This document shows, in pieces, positions 29,091 to 41,498 of a stretch of 64,000 nt of DNA. The stretch is from NCBI GenBank assembly GCA_017654855.1, contig CM030334.1, positions 1,798,001-1,862,000 on the forward strand. Direction: 5' to 3'. The position numbers and the translations under genes were made by a program. The notes under the pieces were generated by a model. It was not told the DNA's origin and searched no databases. It worked only from the letters and a program-made list of their open reading frames with translations. The DNA comes from Podospora anserina. Lineage: Eukaryota. Position 1 is the first letter of the stretch. Each line of letters opens with the position of its first letter.

Positions 29091-30434
29091 ATGCCATCCC
29101 TCCTAAAGGCTTTCCAACTAGGCTGCGAGAGTTACATCTCCTCAGCATCATTTCGAAAGCCTACTGCCTTGCTGGCTTCTCCCTCGTTTGGAAGGTGGAA
29201 TCATGGCCACATGACAAAGCGTCATCGTACTGGTCACACAGCCGGTATGCCACAGGATGGAGACGGCCCCTTCGCTCCGGCGGGGAGAGAAAAAATACAA
29301 AGGCTTCTACAGCAAGGTTATGGGCTTTTTGATGTCTTTCGCTTGGAGGATCATATCTCGCGGCGCCCCCGAATGGTATTTGATGCTATGGTGGAAGAAG
29401 ATAAGGAGCTGGCGAGCCTGGTGCGGAAGCGGAAACGTGGGAAATGGTCGGATGAAGAGAAGGAACACCTAATCAAACTCACCAATAACCGCCGAAGAAT
29501 TGACATCGAATCCATCGCACGCCAAATCGGTCGAGGACCAGGAGCCGTTAAATACCAGTTACGGTTGATGGCAAAGGAAAAGAGTGCGGAACTGGGAAAC
29601 GACGCCGTTTCTTTCTCGGCAGCGCTTTTGGACAAAGATCTCGGAAAGGAAAAGCAATCCATCCTCGAGGCACGAATGTGCCAAATCATCGACCGACTGC
29701 TGGAGGAGGGCGACGTTACAACCCATTGGAGAACCATCTTAAGCGCCAAATCGGCAGAAGCTTGGGTGGCAACCATTCTCGCGTTAATTCCGACACCGGT
29801 GAAGCACATCTTGGCCGCCCCCAGGCCGCCCACAGCTGCAGATTGGAGGAGCTTGGCTTGGCAGGATACCAGCTTGTTCGGGGTCTATGCGTGGGTTCTC
29901 AAGCGTGGCCGGGGCTCCGGCCTTAACCCGCTTCGAGTAGAGGACTACGTCTACATTGGTTCAGCCACCAAGTATGCCCATGGATTGTCTGGGAGAGCGC
30001 TTCAGCATCGTGAGGGACGTTATTAGGAGAGCGGCCCTCGTCTCAGTGACCGGATCAAACAACGTGGCTTAAGCCGTATCACTGGACATTTTGCTACTCT
30101 CCTTGTAATGGAGCCGGCGTCTTCCGAAATTGGGGATATAACCAAAGCACGAGAGCTCGTGGTATTTGCCGAGGCAATCTTTACTATCTTGTTTGGGGCG
30201 CTCACAGAGACCGAGTCGGCTGGCGTGACTGACCGCGCGGGGCAACACCGTCGTCTCCACTCCCTGTCCCCCTGGGTTCACACGCAGCGGTTCAATTACA
30301 GGGGACTGTGTTCTCACAACCCTTTAGCTCTTGACTTGGAGCCCCGGGGAGGAATCTGCTCATCTTGCCCTATGGAAAATACTGACCCGCGTCAATCCGG
30401 GCCAGTGGCGGACTACAAAGCAACGGAGAGTTGA
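29091..30434 (+). pseudogene. Myb/SANT-like + GIY-YIG nuclease-domain gene with a single premature TAG at 30024-30026
   Basis: RKRGKWSDEEKEHLIKL..IARQIGRG (Myb-like); GVYAW..YVYIGSA..GLSGR..H; after the stop the same frame continues to VVFAEAIF and GLCSHNPL. Confidence 0.7.
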
Positions 30435-31352
30435 TAGCTGTCTGGTTTTTGTTTTACCCTTTTGGCTCCTATGCCTTGAGCCTCGAGTTTCCAAAACGTT
30501 CGCTTGCGGATATCAAATGAGTGTACACGGATTATAGATACGAAGACGCCGCACTAATGATGCCAAAAACCCTCCATCCTTCTTTCAGTCGCGTGCGTCG
30601 ATACAGTGTTCATTGTGGAGGTGTAGTCGCGGAAGGCCCCAAAGTCATTCCACACCTCAACTTTCTTGCCATCCGCCGAGCGTCGACCAGGTCCACAATG
30701 TTGACGAGGGTGTTATTCAGATCCCCTTTGCACTCCGCCATGGAATCGTTCGAGGGGATGCCTACCTCGTGGCATAGGAGGTTTTGGTAGTAGCCCTTAA
30801 GCTCCAGATCTTCCTCTTTGAATTCACCGTCTACTTCGCTGTTGCCGCTGTGGTGCTTATAAGTAGGTACCTACCTGTAGTCAAACTCCTAACGCTGCGC
30901 CTACCACTTAGGCAGCTGTTGCCAGCCGCAGCCATCACCCGACAGAGGCGTCGGGATCAACAGGGGCATTCAAAGACTCCATTTCTTGACATGACTCAAG
31001 CGTTGACTATGACGGTGCCTTCCCGTCATCCACGAGAGACAGAATGATGGGTAGGTAGGTACCTGACTGGGGCCATTCCCATAGGTCACCAACAACAGCA
31101 GATGACACAAGACCTCACGCCGTCCACCATGTCATCACCAATCCCTGAATACCGGGATGTCTCGACCGCCACAACGGATTTATCACCGACAGCCACAGCA
31201 GACACCCTCAGCTCTCACATACTCAACCATGCCTCAGCAGAACCAGCAGAAGACCTTGATCAAAACGGAAGCCCCAGACCAAGACACTCCCAAAGATTTC
31301 AGTTACTACCGCTTTGTAACCAACGAATGGTGGTCAGTCAAGTCTGGCTATA

Positions 31353-31539
31353 TGTTGGGCTGGTGACCTAGGAAAGTCACTGGCTGCGAAAATGAGGCCA
31401 AAATTGGCCAGAAAAAAATAGTAAACAAATTGGTATTACAGTAGTTGGTTGTTGGTTAAAAAGTAAACAGTAAGAAAATCCAGCCCCAAGAGCAAACCGG
31501 TGTGGGTCTGGGAAAACCTGGGCCCTTTGGTGCCCCACA
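31353..31539 (-). repeat. 3' LTR of the copia element
   Basis: Appears identical to 37094-37280 by eye. Confidence 0.95.
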
Positions 31540-31694
31540 CCCCCCCACAGACAGCACACCGCCGTCCAAAATGAAGCCATCGCCAATATCCTCCGAAGCC
31601 CAATATACGCCCAGATTCTTCCACTTCCTTTGACTCCTTTGCCCAATGCCCTAGTGGCCTTTTTCCCATACAAATACACGTTCTCCTGCATATC

Positions 31695-34600
31695 TCAAAC
31701 CGGAAAATCTCGCATTCCCAACAGCTGCACAAACTTTGCGTGCTTCTCCCTTTGTAGTGCCTTTGTGAATCCATCCGCCGGCATCTCCAACCCAGAGATG
31801 TGTTGAATACCAAATCTTCCTTCCTTCACTTGTTCACCCACCCACTTGTACCGTATATCGATACACCGGGTCCTGGCGATATTCTGAGGGTTCAGAACTG
31901 TGATTTCGGCGTTCTTACTATCGGTGTACAGCATGTATGGCCTTGGCTGTGGCACACCACAGTCTTCCAATATCTTTGACACCCACTGCAGTGAATACCC
32001 TGTAGGCGTCAGGTTGGCAAACTCTGCCTCCGTCGTACTCAGGGCGACGAAGGTCTGCTTCTTACTCTTCCACAATACTGGCCCACCAGCCACGAAGACG
32101 ACGTGGCCGCCAGTGGAATATCTCCAAGGTAAGACATCCGCGTGTGAGGCATCTGCGAATCCCACAAGCTTCATATCTTCTGCCGAGAACTCGGAGCCTC
32201 CCAGCACAATACACAGCTTCCTGGTGGCAGCCAGGTACCGGAAAAGGTGCTTCATCAACTCCAAGTGACGTGGTGAGGGCCCAGAATTGCCCCGCAAAGG
32301 CGGTTAACGGTGAAAGTAATGTCGGGCCGAGTGCCGGTAGACAGCCAGTTCAACGCACCGGTCTTCCGAATATACTCCTTCACTTCCGCGGTCATTTTCT
32401 CCCACGTAAAAGGGAGCTCCAGCTTGGCTGGCCACGGCGTAGCCACGCCGGCCATGTCTTTATAGCCGAACTTCTCGAGTAAGGCGTCGATATAGGCCAC
32501 CTGGGACAGGTAGACCTGCCTCTTCCCGCGGTTCCTCACGATATCAAAACCCAAGAACCTCTTCGGCTCGCCTAGTTTCTTGATGCCATACTTGCTCTCC
32601 AGCCCGGTGGCGATATCTTCAATGATTTTCGTCGTAGGCGCTGATATAAGTAGGTCATCCACGTACAGGACTACCAGGGCACCTGTCTCTTTGTGACGGA
32701 ACAGGCAGAGGTCTGATGAGAGGGTATCGAAGCCCAGTTCAACCATCACAGGTTTCACTGTCTCGTACCAGTAGATAGGTGACTTCCTCAGGCCGTATAA
32801 TGCCCTTTTGAGCCGGCACACCTTGCCCAGTGGCTTGCCCAAGCCATCTGGTGGTCGTACGTAGTACTGTGCGGTGTCAGGGATTTTGGCGTTGAGAAAT
32901 GCCATCTTGAAGTCGTATTGAAGGCACTCCCAGTCATTCACGGCTGTAATAGCCCAAAAGCATTTGACTGCCACGCTACTCACAACGGCGGCGTAGACGT
33001 CCTGTGTGGCCCAGGAGTCCCTGTCAAAGTTGCCACACACCACCCACCTCGCCCTGGCCTTCACCTCACCAGTTTGAAGGTCCATCTTCTCATCGTATAC
33101 CCATTTGCTCGGTAAGACGTTGTAGCCTTTCGGCGTATCCACCAGCTCGTAGACGTCCTTTTCCAACAGGCCGGCGTCCTGCTCCTTCATGGCAGGCAGC
33201 CAATACTTGTGGTAGTTCTCGAGCTTCCTCGCTTGCCGGTAGTTCCTGGGTATATGGGACTTGTTGATGGTTTGCAGAAGGTGGTCGATTTTGACCGTGG
33301 ATAGGGCGTAGGCCACTACCTCACGTAGTCGTGGGTTGTCGAGATGTACTGTGAAAAAACCTTGGTAAGGGTGTTTACCCTGCTGTAGCTTCTTGTAGAA
33401 GCCTGGTCCCTGATTTTTTGTTGTTGCTCTGCGAGGCCGCTCCTGAGCCGGCGGAGAAGCCACCGCTTCCTCCATATGGCCTGTATCAGGCTCGAAATCG
33501 TCGTCAGAGTCTTCGACCAGGCTTTCCGTGCCTGAATCCAGTAGCCTGCCATCGGCCTGGTCATCACCAGGCCCCCCCATAGCCTCACCCTCCTCCCCCC
33601 CCATCAGCCTCGCAGGGGAGGTGAGCTCTCTCATGGCAGGAGAGTCAGTGGTATAGGGCGCTTGGTCATGGTTTGGTGGGATAGGTGCCTCGGACCGTAT
33701 ATCCTCCACCTCTTCGGCGTCGAAAAAGTCTTCCACGTCTGAGGCCTCAGGTAGTGGAGGTAGTGTTGGTGACGGCGTAGCTTTCGGAGTAGGTAGAATG
33801 GTCTGCCCAGGGTCCTTGGCCTTCCCTGTTTCAACTGTTGGAGCACTCTGCTGTGGATCGGGCTCCAGTATGGTGGTAGGTTTGTCATCGAAGGTGACCT
33901 TCCTCCCCAAGGATACCGTTCTGTTGGTGACGGCATCTTCTTCTTCGGCTATAGTACTATCAGTAAAGACTGCCTCGTACTCAATATCCTTATACTTATC
34001 GTCGTCAGGCCTGTAAGAATCGCCTTCGTTGAACTTTACGGCGTTGACCTTCACGACTTTGTCAGTGACTGGGTTCCAGACCCAGTATATTTTGCCGTGT
34101 ATATCTGCGTAGCCGATAAGCTTTCCTTTCTCCGCCCTGGCGGTGAACTTATCCGAATTGGCCCGGTAGGCCGGCTTGACGTAGTAATACGCGTCGCAAA
34201 AGTACGAGCGTAGGTGCCGAATATACGGCTTCCGCTCGCCCTCGGGCATGTTGAGCCTTGTGGTATACTTCTCGTGAGCACTGATATCTCCCTCGTTGAC
34301 CCTCGAGGGCAGTAGGTTACCCACGTAAACCACAGACTGCATGACAAATGGGAACAGCTTCTCTGGCACCTTGTAGGCCAGCATGATAGCCCTGGTGCGG
34401 TTAAGCGTAGTCCTCGCGGCCCTCTCCACCTTTCCATTCATCCACGGTGAGTGAGGCACGGTCTTGAGGATGGTGATGCCCTCCTGGTCGGCCCAGGCGG
34501 CCATGCGGCTGTCGTTAAAGGTCCCAGAGCCCTGGGCAAATTCCGTACCGCCGTTAAGGCCGATGATGCTGATTTTATGCCCGGTTTGGTGCGCGATCTT

Positions 34601-35449
34601 CGTCTCGAAATCCTTGACCTTATCGAATACCTGCTTTTTCTCCACTGTGAAGTTAATCTACTTGTAGCTACTCCACATATCTACGTATTGGATAGAGTAC
34701 TTGTAACCCAGATATCTAGGGTTCTTGTGGGTGACGACGTCGATACGGATGAAGTCGAACGGGTTGTTGGTCTGCGAAGGGGTCGATGAGCCTAGTTGAT
34801 CTGTTATCTTTGCCATCACGCAGGGCTCGCAGAAAAAGTCATTGCCGACGAGCTTAATACCCGCCTGCGTACAAGCCTTGTAAATATCGTCCTTGTTGGC
34901 GTGCATTAGGCGGCGATGCATTACCCGGTAGTTGATAGATGCCATCACGGCCTTGATGGGAGTCTTCGCCAGGGATACTTTGCTGAAATCGGCGCCGGGC
35001 GTCGTATTCATCTGGTATATGTTGTTATTCCTGGTCAACTCACACACCACCTGCTTAGTACCTCTAAGGACCAGGTTGTGGCTCTCCTGGTCCCAGAAGA
35101 TACCTTCATCGAGTAGCTTGCCCGCCGATATCAGATTGACGGGCGCCTGTGGGTGGTATACCGCTTCCTTGAGCTCCAGGGTAACAGCCTGGCCACTTGA
35201 AAGGGTAGATTGCAGCGCTGCGGCACCCTGGTAGCTGCACTTTGTGATATCTCCTGACGACGAAAGGAACCTCTTTTCCTTCCCCTCAGGTAGTAAGTGG
35301 AGCTCGGTGAACCACTTCAGTTTATTGAATACGAAATCCGCGCATCCGGAGTCGTAGTACACGTGGTCTTTGAATGCCTCGACGGCCTGTTGGACTTCAG
35401 GGGCATCTACTGAGGAGAGTGCTGCCTCTGGGGGCCGAGACGAAAATCC
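31695..35449 (-). pseudogene. pol: copia pol (protease, GAG-pre-integrase, integrase, RT, RNase H), interrupted
   Basis: YYDSGC, HRRLMH..CEPC, NGKVER, KARARWVVCG, RALYGLRKSP, LYVDDLL, FADASHA, STTEAEF; stop at 34658-60, frameshift near 32290, integrase D changed to N (LNGGTEF). Confidence 0.92.
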
Positions 35450-36540
35450 GATTGGTCATCGTCATGGTAGGTGGGGAGCGATATATTGGCGAAGTTATTG
35501 GACAGCATCAGGGTACTGTGGGCAGGTCGGTCCCTCGAAGACCCAGTATTGGTGACGCCACCAGTATGGCCTTGAAGAGTCCCTGTTGACGAGCCAGTAC
35601 TCTGCCGCCTCTCTTGCCTATCCGCTTGTGCCTTTTCCCTGTGCTCCCAATCCTTTGGAGCCTTGTCAGGGTCACACCACCAACAGGCCTTGCCCTTCGG
35701 GTGGTGACGACCACAGCCCATGCAGTGCTGGTTGCCTTTCCTTAAGCCCTTGGTGCATTGGTCGCACTTCTTCGTCGAGGTTGATGATGTGGCAGGTGAG
35801 GGTGTAGTCGCGGCCGGGGCCTTGGTGGTCTCGATGGTGATTTTGGAGTGAGCCGGCGTGGTCTCCTCCGTAACGGCCTTGGCGCTATACTCCTGGCAAA
35901 GAAGCGACCAGGTCATGGTGCCGTCTTCCATCTTCCTTGCTAGCCGGTCGTACAAATCGGGGTACGCGGTCTTGATGCCGTTCAGGGCAGCCCAGAGGTG
36001 AGCCACGTGGCCGATCTTGATTTCCATCGTATCAAGACGACGGCGAAGGACCTCGAGCCGGCTGAAGTAGGCTTGGAATGAGGCGAAGTTGGCACGCTTG
36101 AGAGTGAAATACTCCTCCAAAAGCATACCAGCGATGTCGAAAGTGCCGCGCTGTAGGGCTTGGATAATCTTCTGGTATAGACCATAGGCACCAATGCCGT
36201 CGGCCTTCCAACCCAGGTTGAGAATTCGTTGTCGGATCTCGGGCTTCTTGACGGAAGCCATCATCAGGTTCTGGATGTCCAGGTTGTTAGTACGCCATTG
36301 GTCGAAGGCAGGTGTCCCTTCTTCCGCTGGTGGCTGTATATTAGCCTTGATGTAGTCCTCCAAGCCATGGTACATAAGGGACTGGGTTAACTGAAATTCC
36401 CAGCCGGAAAGATCGGTCTCTGAGTTCAGAGCCGGCAAGGCTTGAAAGGTTCGTTGCCTAACCGTAGCGACGGTGTTGGCATTCCCCATAGCTTTCACAA
36501 GCTCCAAGAGCTGGGCCATGGTGACGTTAGTGCCAGCCAT
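35407..36540 (-). CDS. gag: copia gag
   Basis: Open ORF with a Cys/His knuckle-like region (CMGCGRHHPKGKACWWC) directly upstream of pol. Confidence 0.85.
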   Translation of the reverse strand: MAGTNVTMAQLLELVKAMGNANTVATVRQRTFQALPALNSETDLSGWEFQLTQSLMYHGLEDYIKANIQPPAEEGTPAFDQWRTNNLDIQNLMMASVKKPEIRQRILNLGWKADGIGAYGLYQKIIQALQRGTFDIAGMLLEEYFTLKRANFASFQAYFSRLEVLRRRLDTMEIKIGHVAHLWAALNGIKTAYPDLYDRLARKMEDGTMTWSLLCQEYSAKAVTEETTPAHSKITIETTKAPAATTPSPATSSTSTKKCDQCTKGLRKGNQHCMGCGRHHPKGKACWWCDPDKAPKDWEHREKAQADRQERRQSTGSSTGTLQGHTGGVTNTGSSRDRPAHSTLMLSNNFANISLPTYHDDDQSDFRLGPQRQHSPQ

Positions 36541-37093
36541 CTTGAAAGAAAAACTGGTCAAAGAGAAGTCGTAAGAAAGACGCTGTGAGAAAGACGTCGA
36601 AAGAAAGACTCAAAGAAAGGCGCCACCTGACTTTGTGGCCGCCAACAGTGGGTTGAATTGACTTGGGCAGAGGGCGAGATGCTTGCTCCGCTATCGGTCT
36701 CCTGATAAGGCAGGACAGAGTTCTCGACTGCTGCCGGAAAACAGTAATTTCCCAGCCAAAAGGTCGCAAAAATGGCAGAACCAAGGAAACTTGGCCAGGA
36801 GAAGGTTGGCGCCGTAAACCACACTCTTATCGGTGAGGGGTGGTCGGTCGCTTCAACTCTTCGTCAAGATGAGGGTCAGGGTTAAAACCAGGCTTCCGTT
36901 GATTGGGAAGTTGGTTAACTCTCTCAACGCCTCCAAAATCGCCGTCGAAAGGTCCAATTGCGTGATATTGGCCTGACAAGGGTCGAAAAGTCGTAAGGTC
37001 CGGTGTGGTATTCGGCCTTGCGAGGTCGGGTTGTCGACGAGGGCGTCGACTTCGGTTTGCTTGGTGATTTAAGCGTCAAAAGAGCTCATAACC

Positions 37094-37280
37094 TGTTGGG
37101 CTGGTGACCTAGGAAAGTCACTGGCTGCGAAAATGAGGCCAAAATTGGCCAGAAAAAAATAGTAAACAAATTGGTATTACAGTAGTTGGTTGTTGGTTAA
37201 AAAGTAAACAGTAAGAAAATCCAGCCCCAAGAGCAAACCGGTGTGGGTCTGGGAAAACCTGGGCCCTTTGGTGCCCCACA
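37094..37280 (-). repeat. 5' LTR of the copia element
   Basis: Appears identical to 31353-31539 by eye. Confidence 0.95.
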
Positions 37281-37745
37281 CTATAGGACTCATAATGAAG
37301 CACACACCAGGGCTGGAGGGTTCCTCGCGGGGAATAAGGAAGATATGCACAAGCTCACCGACTTGGTCCACAAGTTCAAGAAGGTGAAGTCGGCGGAGGT
37401 GCCAGATAACTTTGTGTGGTGTCCGTGGTTTTGTGATGATCAGAATATCAAGTTTGCGGAGGAGGCGAGGGGGGGGGGGTTGGCCGCGGGTTGATGGTAT
37501 GCCGGTGCTTAGGAGGGTCACGAGGTGGGTTGAGTTGGTAGGAGGTAGAGGGGTGTTTTACCTAGTAGGACACCTGAGATTGGAGTCTTGTGGTGTGGGA
37601 TTCGAGGAATTGCATCAGACTCTCTCGGAAACCCCTGTCATAGCGGATACGAATCCTGATTTTAAACACTTGGGACATTGGTTATCATGTCCGTGTGAGG
37701 TGTGCATAAGATGTCAGCATATAATTATGTTCATCAAGCATTGAG

Positions 37746-38468
37746 ATGCATGGCTTGGGCCTTCCCATTTCGATCCTGTTATCACCTGAGGCAGACATTG
37801 GTCCGATGGATCAGCAGCAGCTCATCTTGCCCCAGCAAGTTCAAAATCCAGCTGTTGCAACCCCACAGTCAGACCTGACCGCAGTCAGCGAGCCCTTGCA
37901 CCGCGAGCATTCTGCTGTTCAGGACACAGTCGCCCAAAACGAGCGAAAGACTCCCCCAACCGATGGCAACCAGCAGGCCAAACCAGTCCACAGCAACAAT
38001 ATCAACCAACCCGTCACAAGTGGCGCTGGGTCTTCTGGGGCCGGGGCTCGAGCTGGTCAGAATCCCATGAAGGAAGCTGCATTCCGAGGGGCGGAAGCTG
38101 CAGCCATGCTGGTAACCACCGAGGCCTTGCCGCAAAATACCGCATTCGGGAAACAGCTTACCCCCGTGGCAATGGGCAGGGAGTTAGCACAAGCGCGATG
38201 CAGATTCCTGGCGAGGTTGATTGCTGAGAGAATCCTTCGAGAACCCGAGTTCAACGAGCCTTATCATGCTTTCCAACGGGCAAGTATCAAAACCCTACAT
38301 TATCTTCTTTACACCGAAGCATGGCGCACCGGACGCGTTTTGGGCCTGCGGTTTGTGGGGGGACCGTTGGGTAACCGAGATGCTGCCTCCATCTCACAGA
38401 TTGAACATTTGATGCACGAGATTCACTGGAGGGTTGCGAGGACCTTTTCTCGTACACAAGAGGCTTGA
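37746..38468 (+). CDS. Unknown protein: low-complexity N-terminus and helical C-terminal domain (family Y)
   Basis: Open 240-aa ORF whose C-terminal domain is paralogous to 55986-56303. Confidence 0.55.
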   Translation: MHGLGLPISILLSPEADIGPMDQQQLILPQQVQNPAVATPQSDLTAVSEPLHREHSAVQDTVAQNERKTPPTDGNQQAKPVHSNNINQPVTSGAGSSGAGARAGQNPMKEAAFRGAEAAAMLVTTEALPQNTAFGKQLTPVAMGRELAQARCRFLARLIAERILREPEFNEPYHAFQRASIKTLHYLLYTEAWRTGRVLGLRFVGGPLGNRDAASISQIEHLMHEIHWRVARTFSRTQEA

Positions 38469-40289
38469 AGCTGATTGGCTGACTTTACCGAGGGGGTGAT
38501 GAGGTTCGGCGCAGTGAAGATGTTGCGGCGGATTGGGGGTTGATTCCTGACGGAAACCACTGCACCAGAGGATGTAAGATGGTGTCTTTGGGATTACCCT
38601 CGCCGCCTCGCGTTGGGAGGACGTCAACAGTGGAGCCGGATGTTGGTGGCGGATGACTAAGCACAAGGGCTTGTTCATGTTTTGTTGGTAAAGCTTGGCA
38701 GGGGAACGGTCAGGGGGGGCCGAGACTGACGAAATGAGGTTTTGATTGTTAGCATTGTGGAGTAGTGTTTGAGTTGAGGTCAATGGGATGATTGTTTATT
38801 GTATCCTCTGTAGGATGTGAATCTGCTTCGTTTTTATTGTGTTTCTTTGTGTTTTTCATGATTGGCTTGATATTTGGTATGGCGATGAATGACAACCTGG
38901 AATGCGATGAAAGGTATGGAGTCAGGCATGACTGGACTTTCTGCAGCACATGCAGATCTCTATGTATGAGCGCGGTGGTCTTGAGATGTGTTAGACCTCA
39001 AGCGATGTCTTTGGTGTGTTGCGGACCTCTCACTCAATGGGAGCGGGTGAGGGACAGGTTCTCTGGCGCATGTTGACGTCGGGTCCTCATAGGTCTGCTT
39101 AATTTTTGAATATATGTACATAGATGTAATTTGAATACCTCTCTCTATTTTCTCAGTGCTCTAGTCAAGAAGGCGTTGGATTGCATCGACGCATGGAGAT
39201 CGTGCTGAAAGTCGTGTAAGTTGACGCTCCCGTGTTGCAACTGGTCGGTCTTTCTTCTCTCTCCTGCACCAGGCGACAGAGTCGTATCTCATATTTGCAT
39301 GTCTCATAAGCTGCGATCTCAAAAGTCAACACTTGCATTTGCGATTTGCCTACTTCGCTACGACTTCCAGGATATTAGAACTACCCTGCTGAAGGCGCTG
39401 CCATTGCTGGGAATTACCCGATTACCAACAACGCCCCTATTGTCCACGGAGCTCCTAATCTTGCCAACCCATATTCTATCGGCAATGACCCCATTGTCGG
39501 CAACGATGTTGTTTCTAGCAATGTCCCTCTTCACAGCAACGCCTCATTGCTTACTGTGGATAGGGCTCGCCAAGAAAATGATGGGGAGAAAGGCAAGGAG
39601 CAAAAGGATGGGATTGACTAGGGCCACTGGATTAGCTTTAAGAGGATATAGAGCCTAAAACAGCTAACTTGTAGCTATATCAATCATCAGGGGAATAACC
39701 TTGGACGAAACAGGGTAGGTAACCTGTCCCAAAGATGCCTTAGGCACAAGAGGTATTCTGCCCTGTGGGCCTGGCAAGACGGCATGTCACTTGTTCTCAA
39801 CGATTGGTTTCAGCCAATGCTTCTACTCTTTTGTCCTCAGCAATTCTTCCTGTCCTTCTTCTCCTCTCTTCCTGGCAGGCTGCAACAAGTTGAACGAAGG
39901 CTGGAGATTCAACCCGCGATTTTGAAGCTTTTCCCTTGTCGTTGCCTCTCTAGAGTATTAGCAACGTTACATCCAGGAAGGCCTTGCCCGCATCCGACAA
40001 AAGCTTCTTTGCATATGCTAGAATACCTCCTCACTAACCTATTGACCTAAGTCTGCCCTCCCCATCCCTGCTGCGTCTGTGGCCACGCAGATAAGGCTCG
40101 CAGGTTGCCGCCCAACACTTGCATCGTCTACTGTGTAGACTCGACTGTTTCACTGGGTCATGTCGGCGATGTCTGTACATAAAGAGTGAGGCCCATCGCT
40201 CGAGATGCACGATTCCTTCTCCCAAGTCCCCACCCAGACCCGACCTCCTCCCTTCCGCACGCATCAACGCCATCCACCTAGCCAGCGTC

Positions 40290-40936
40290 ATGGGCGACCC
40301 TATCACTGTGGATCGGCTTCTGCAAGAGCATCCCATGAATCCGGCCCACAACCCAGGTACGTCACGCAGAGCGACAAGGCCTGGGCGCGGCGCTATCCCG
40401 CCATCGGGAACCTCATCGTGCACACCATCGTCGAGGAGGACAGCATCCCCGAGGAGGTCGACTCGATCTATTGCGTGAAGGATGGACAGACAAAGACGGT
40501 CCTCGCGATAGGCGAGATGAAAAGGAACCTTATCAGCACCGGCTCCTGGCAGGGGGCAACATAAACTCCATCCCAGGCCAGCAAAGGCTGTCTAAAGAAC
40601 TCCGCCGGTGGGTGTCCCCTCTGGCCTTGGAGATGAGTGACGCATGTGACTGACGGTTGGACAAAACACCTCAGGAACGCCGCCAAATATCGGTGCCCGC
40701 AGGTCTACTGCTTCGACGGTGAGACGCTCCTCCTTCTTCAGTCCCAGGCCATCAATAAAGCAGATATCGATGATGCAAACTGTCGGGTGGACTGCTGGGT
40801 GATCCCGCGCGTGAACAGCCACACTACGCTCCGCGTGGTAGATGTCTACACCGGAGCAATGAAGTGGGTGCATGAAGGGGACCCGGATTTCGCCGCGTGG
40901 GAGACCGACAGTGGCCTCTGGGAGTATCAGGGATGA
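40290..40936 (+). pseudogene. PD-(D/E)xK-like (restriction-endonuclease fold) nuclease gene, frameshifted; intron 40608-40674
   Basis: EVDSIY...VLAIGEMKRN (D..ExK), then QQRLSKELRRNAAKYRCPQVYCFDG; frameshifts near 40356 and 40556. Confidence 0.55.
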
Positions 40937-41498
40937 GTCTCATCTCCCTTCTGCTGCATCAAGGAAGACCAAAAGCGACCATTTTGGAGGCGGATAATCA
41001 GGAAAGCAAAAAGACAAGCTATTTTCCTGCAGCATACTGCTCTCTAACCCGGCTCCCGGACTCGTAAATGTCTAACGCGTGAAAAGTAGGAAGAACTATA
41101 CTTCATTGGAAGGTGAATGTGACACTACCTAATGTGCTGGATGGGGCGTTGGTGATAGCCGGCGGAGGATAGGTACAGCTGACTAGCCCCCCAAAAGAAA
41201 CAAATCCCCCTGGTAACGTTGCCTTTGTGCCATTTCATCCCAGGCAAACTTCCACGTCCTTCAAAGCTGTTGTTCTCAAGACGCTCCTGACCGAAGCTTG
41301 ATTCTCAGTTTCGGTGCCTCACGACCCATTATCCCCTCCAATATGCATACAAGACCAAAACCATCATCTTCGTCAACAACGACCCTCCAGCAGTGCCACG
41401 GCCAGGGCCGAAGCCCGGCGGCCGCGCCGTGCCCCCCCACCTCAACCTCGCCGGCCTCCCGGGTCACTAAAACCAGGACCGAATTTTCGCGTTACAAC

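Larger units (their letters stand above)
31353..37280 (-). mobile_element. Full-length Ty1/copia LTR retrotransposon (5928 bp), defective
   Basis: Two 187-bp TG..CA LTRs; 5-bp TSD CTATA (31348-52, 37281-85); GGTTATGAGC PBS-like site next to the 5' LTR; G-rich PPT next to the 3' LTR; domain order gag-PR-IN-RT-RNaseH. Confidence 0.97.
31157..37494 (+). pseudogene. Small unknown gene split by the copia insertion (parts 31157-31352 and 37286-37494)
   Basis: Removing the element and one TSD gives the in-frame join ..FVTNEWWSVKSGY-RTHNEAHTRAGGFLAGNKEDMHKL.. Confidence 0.55.
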
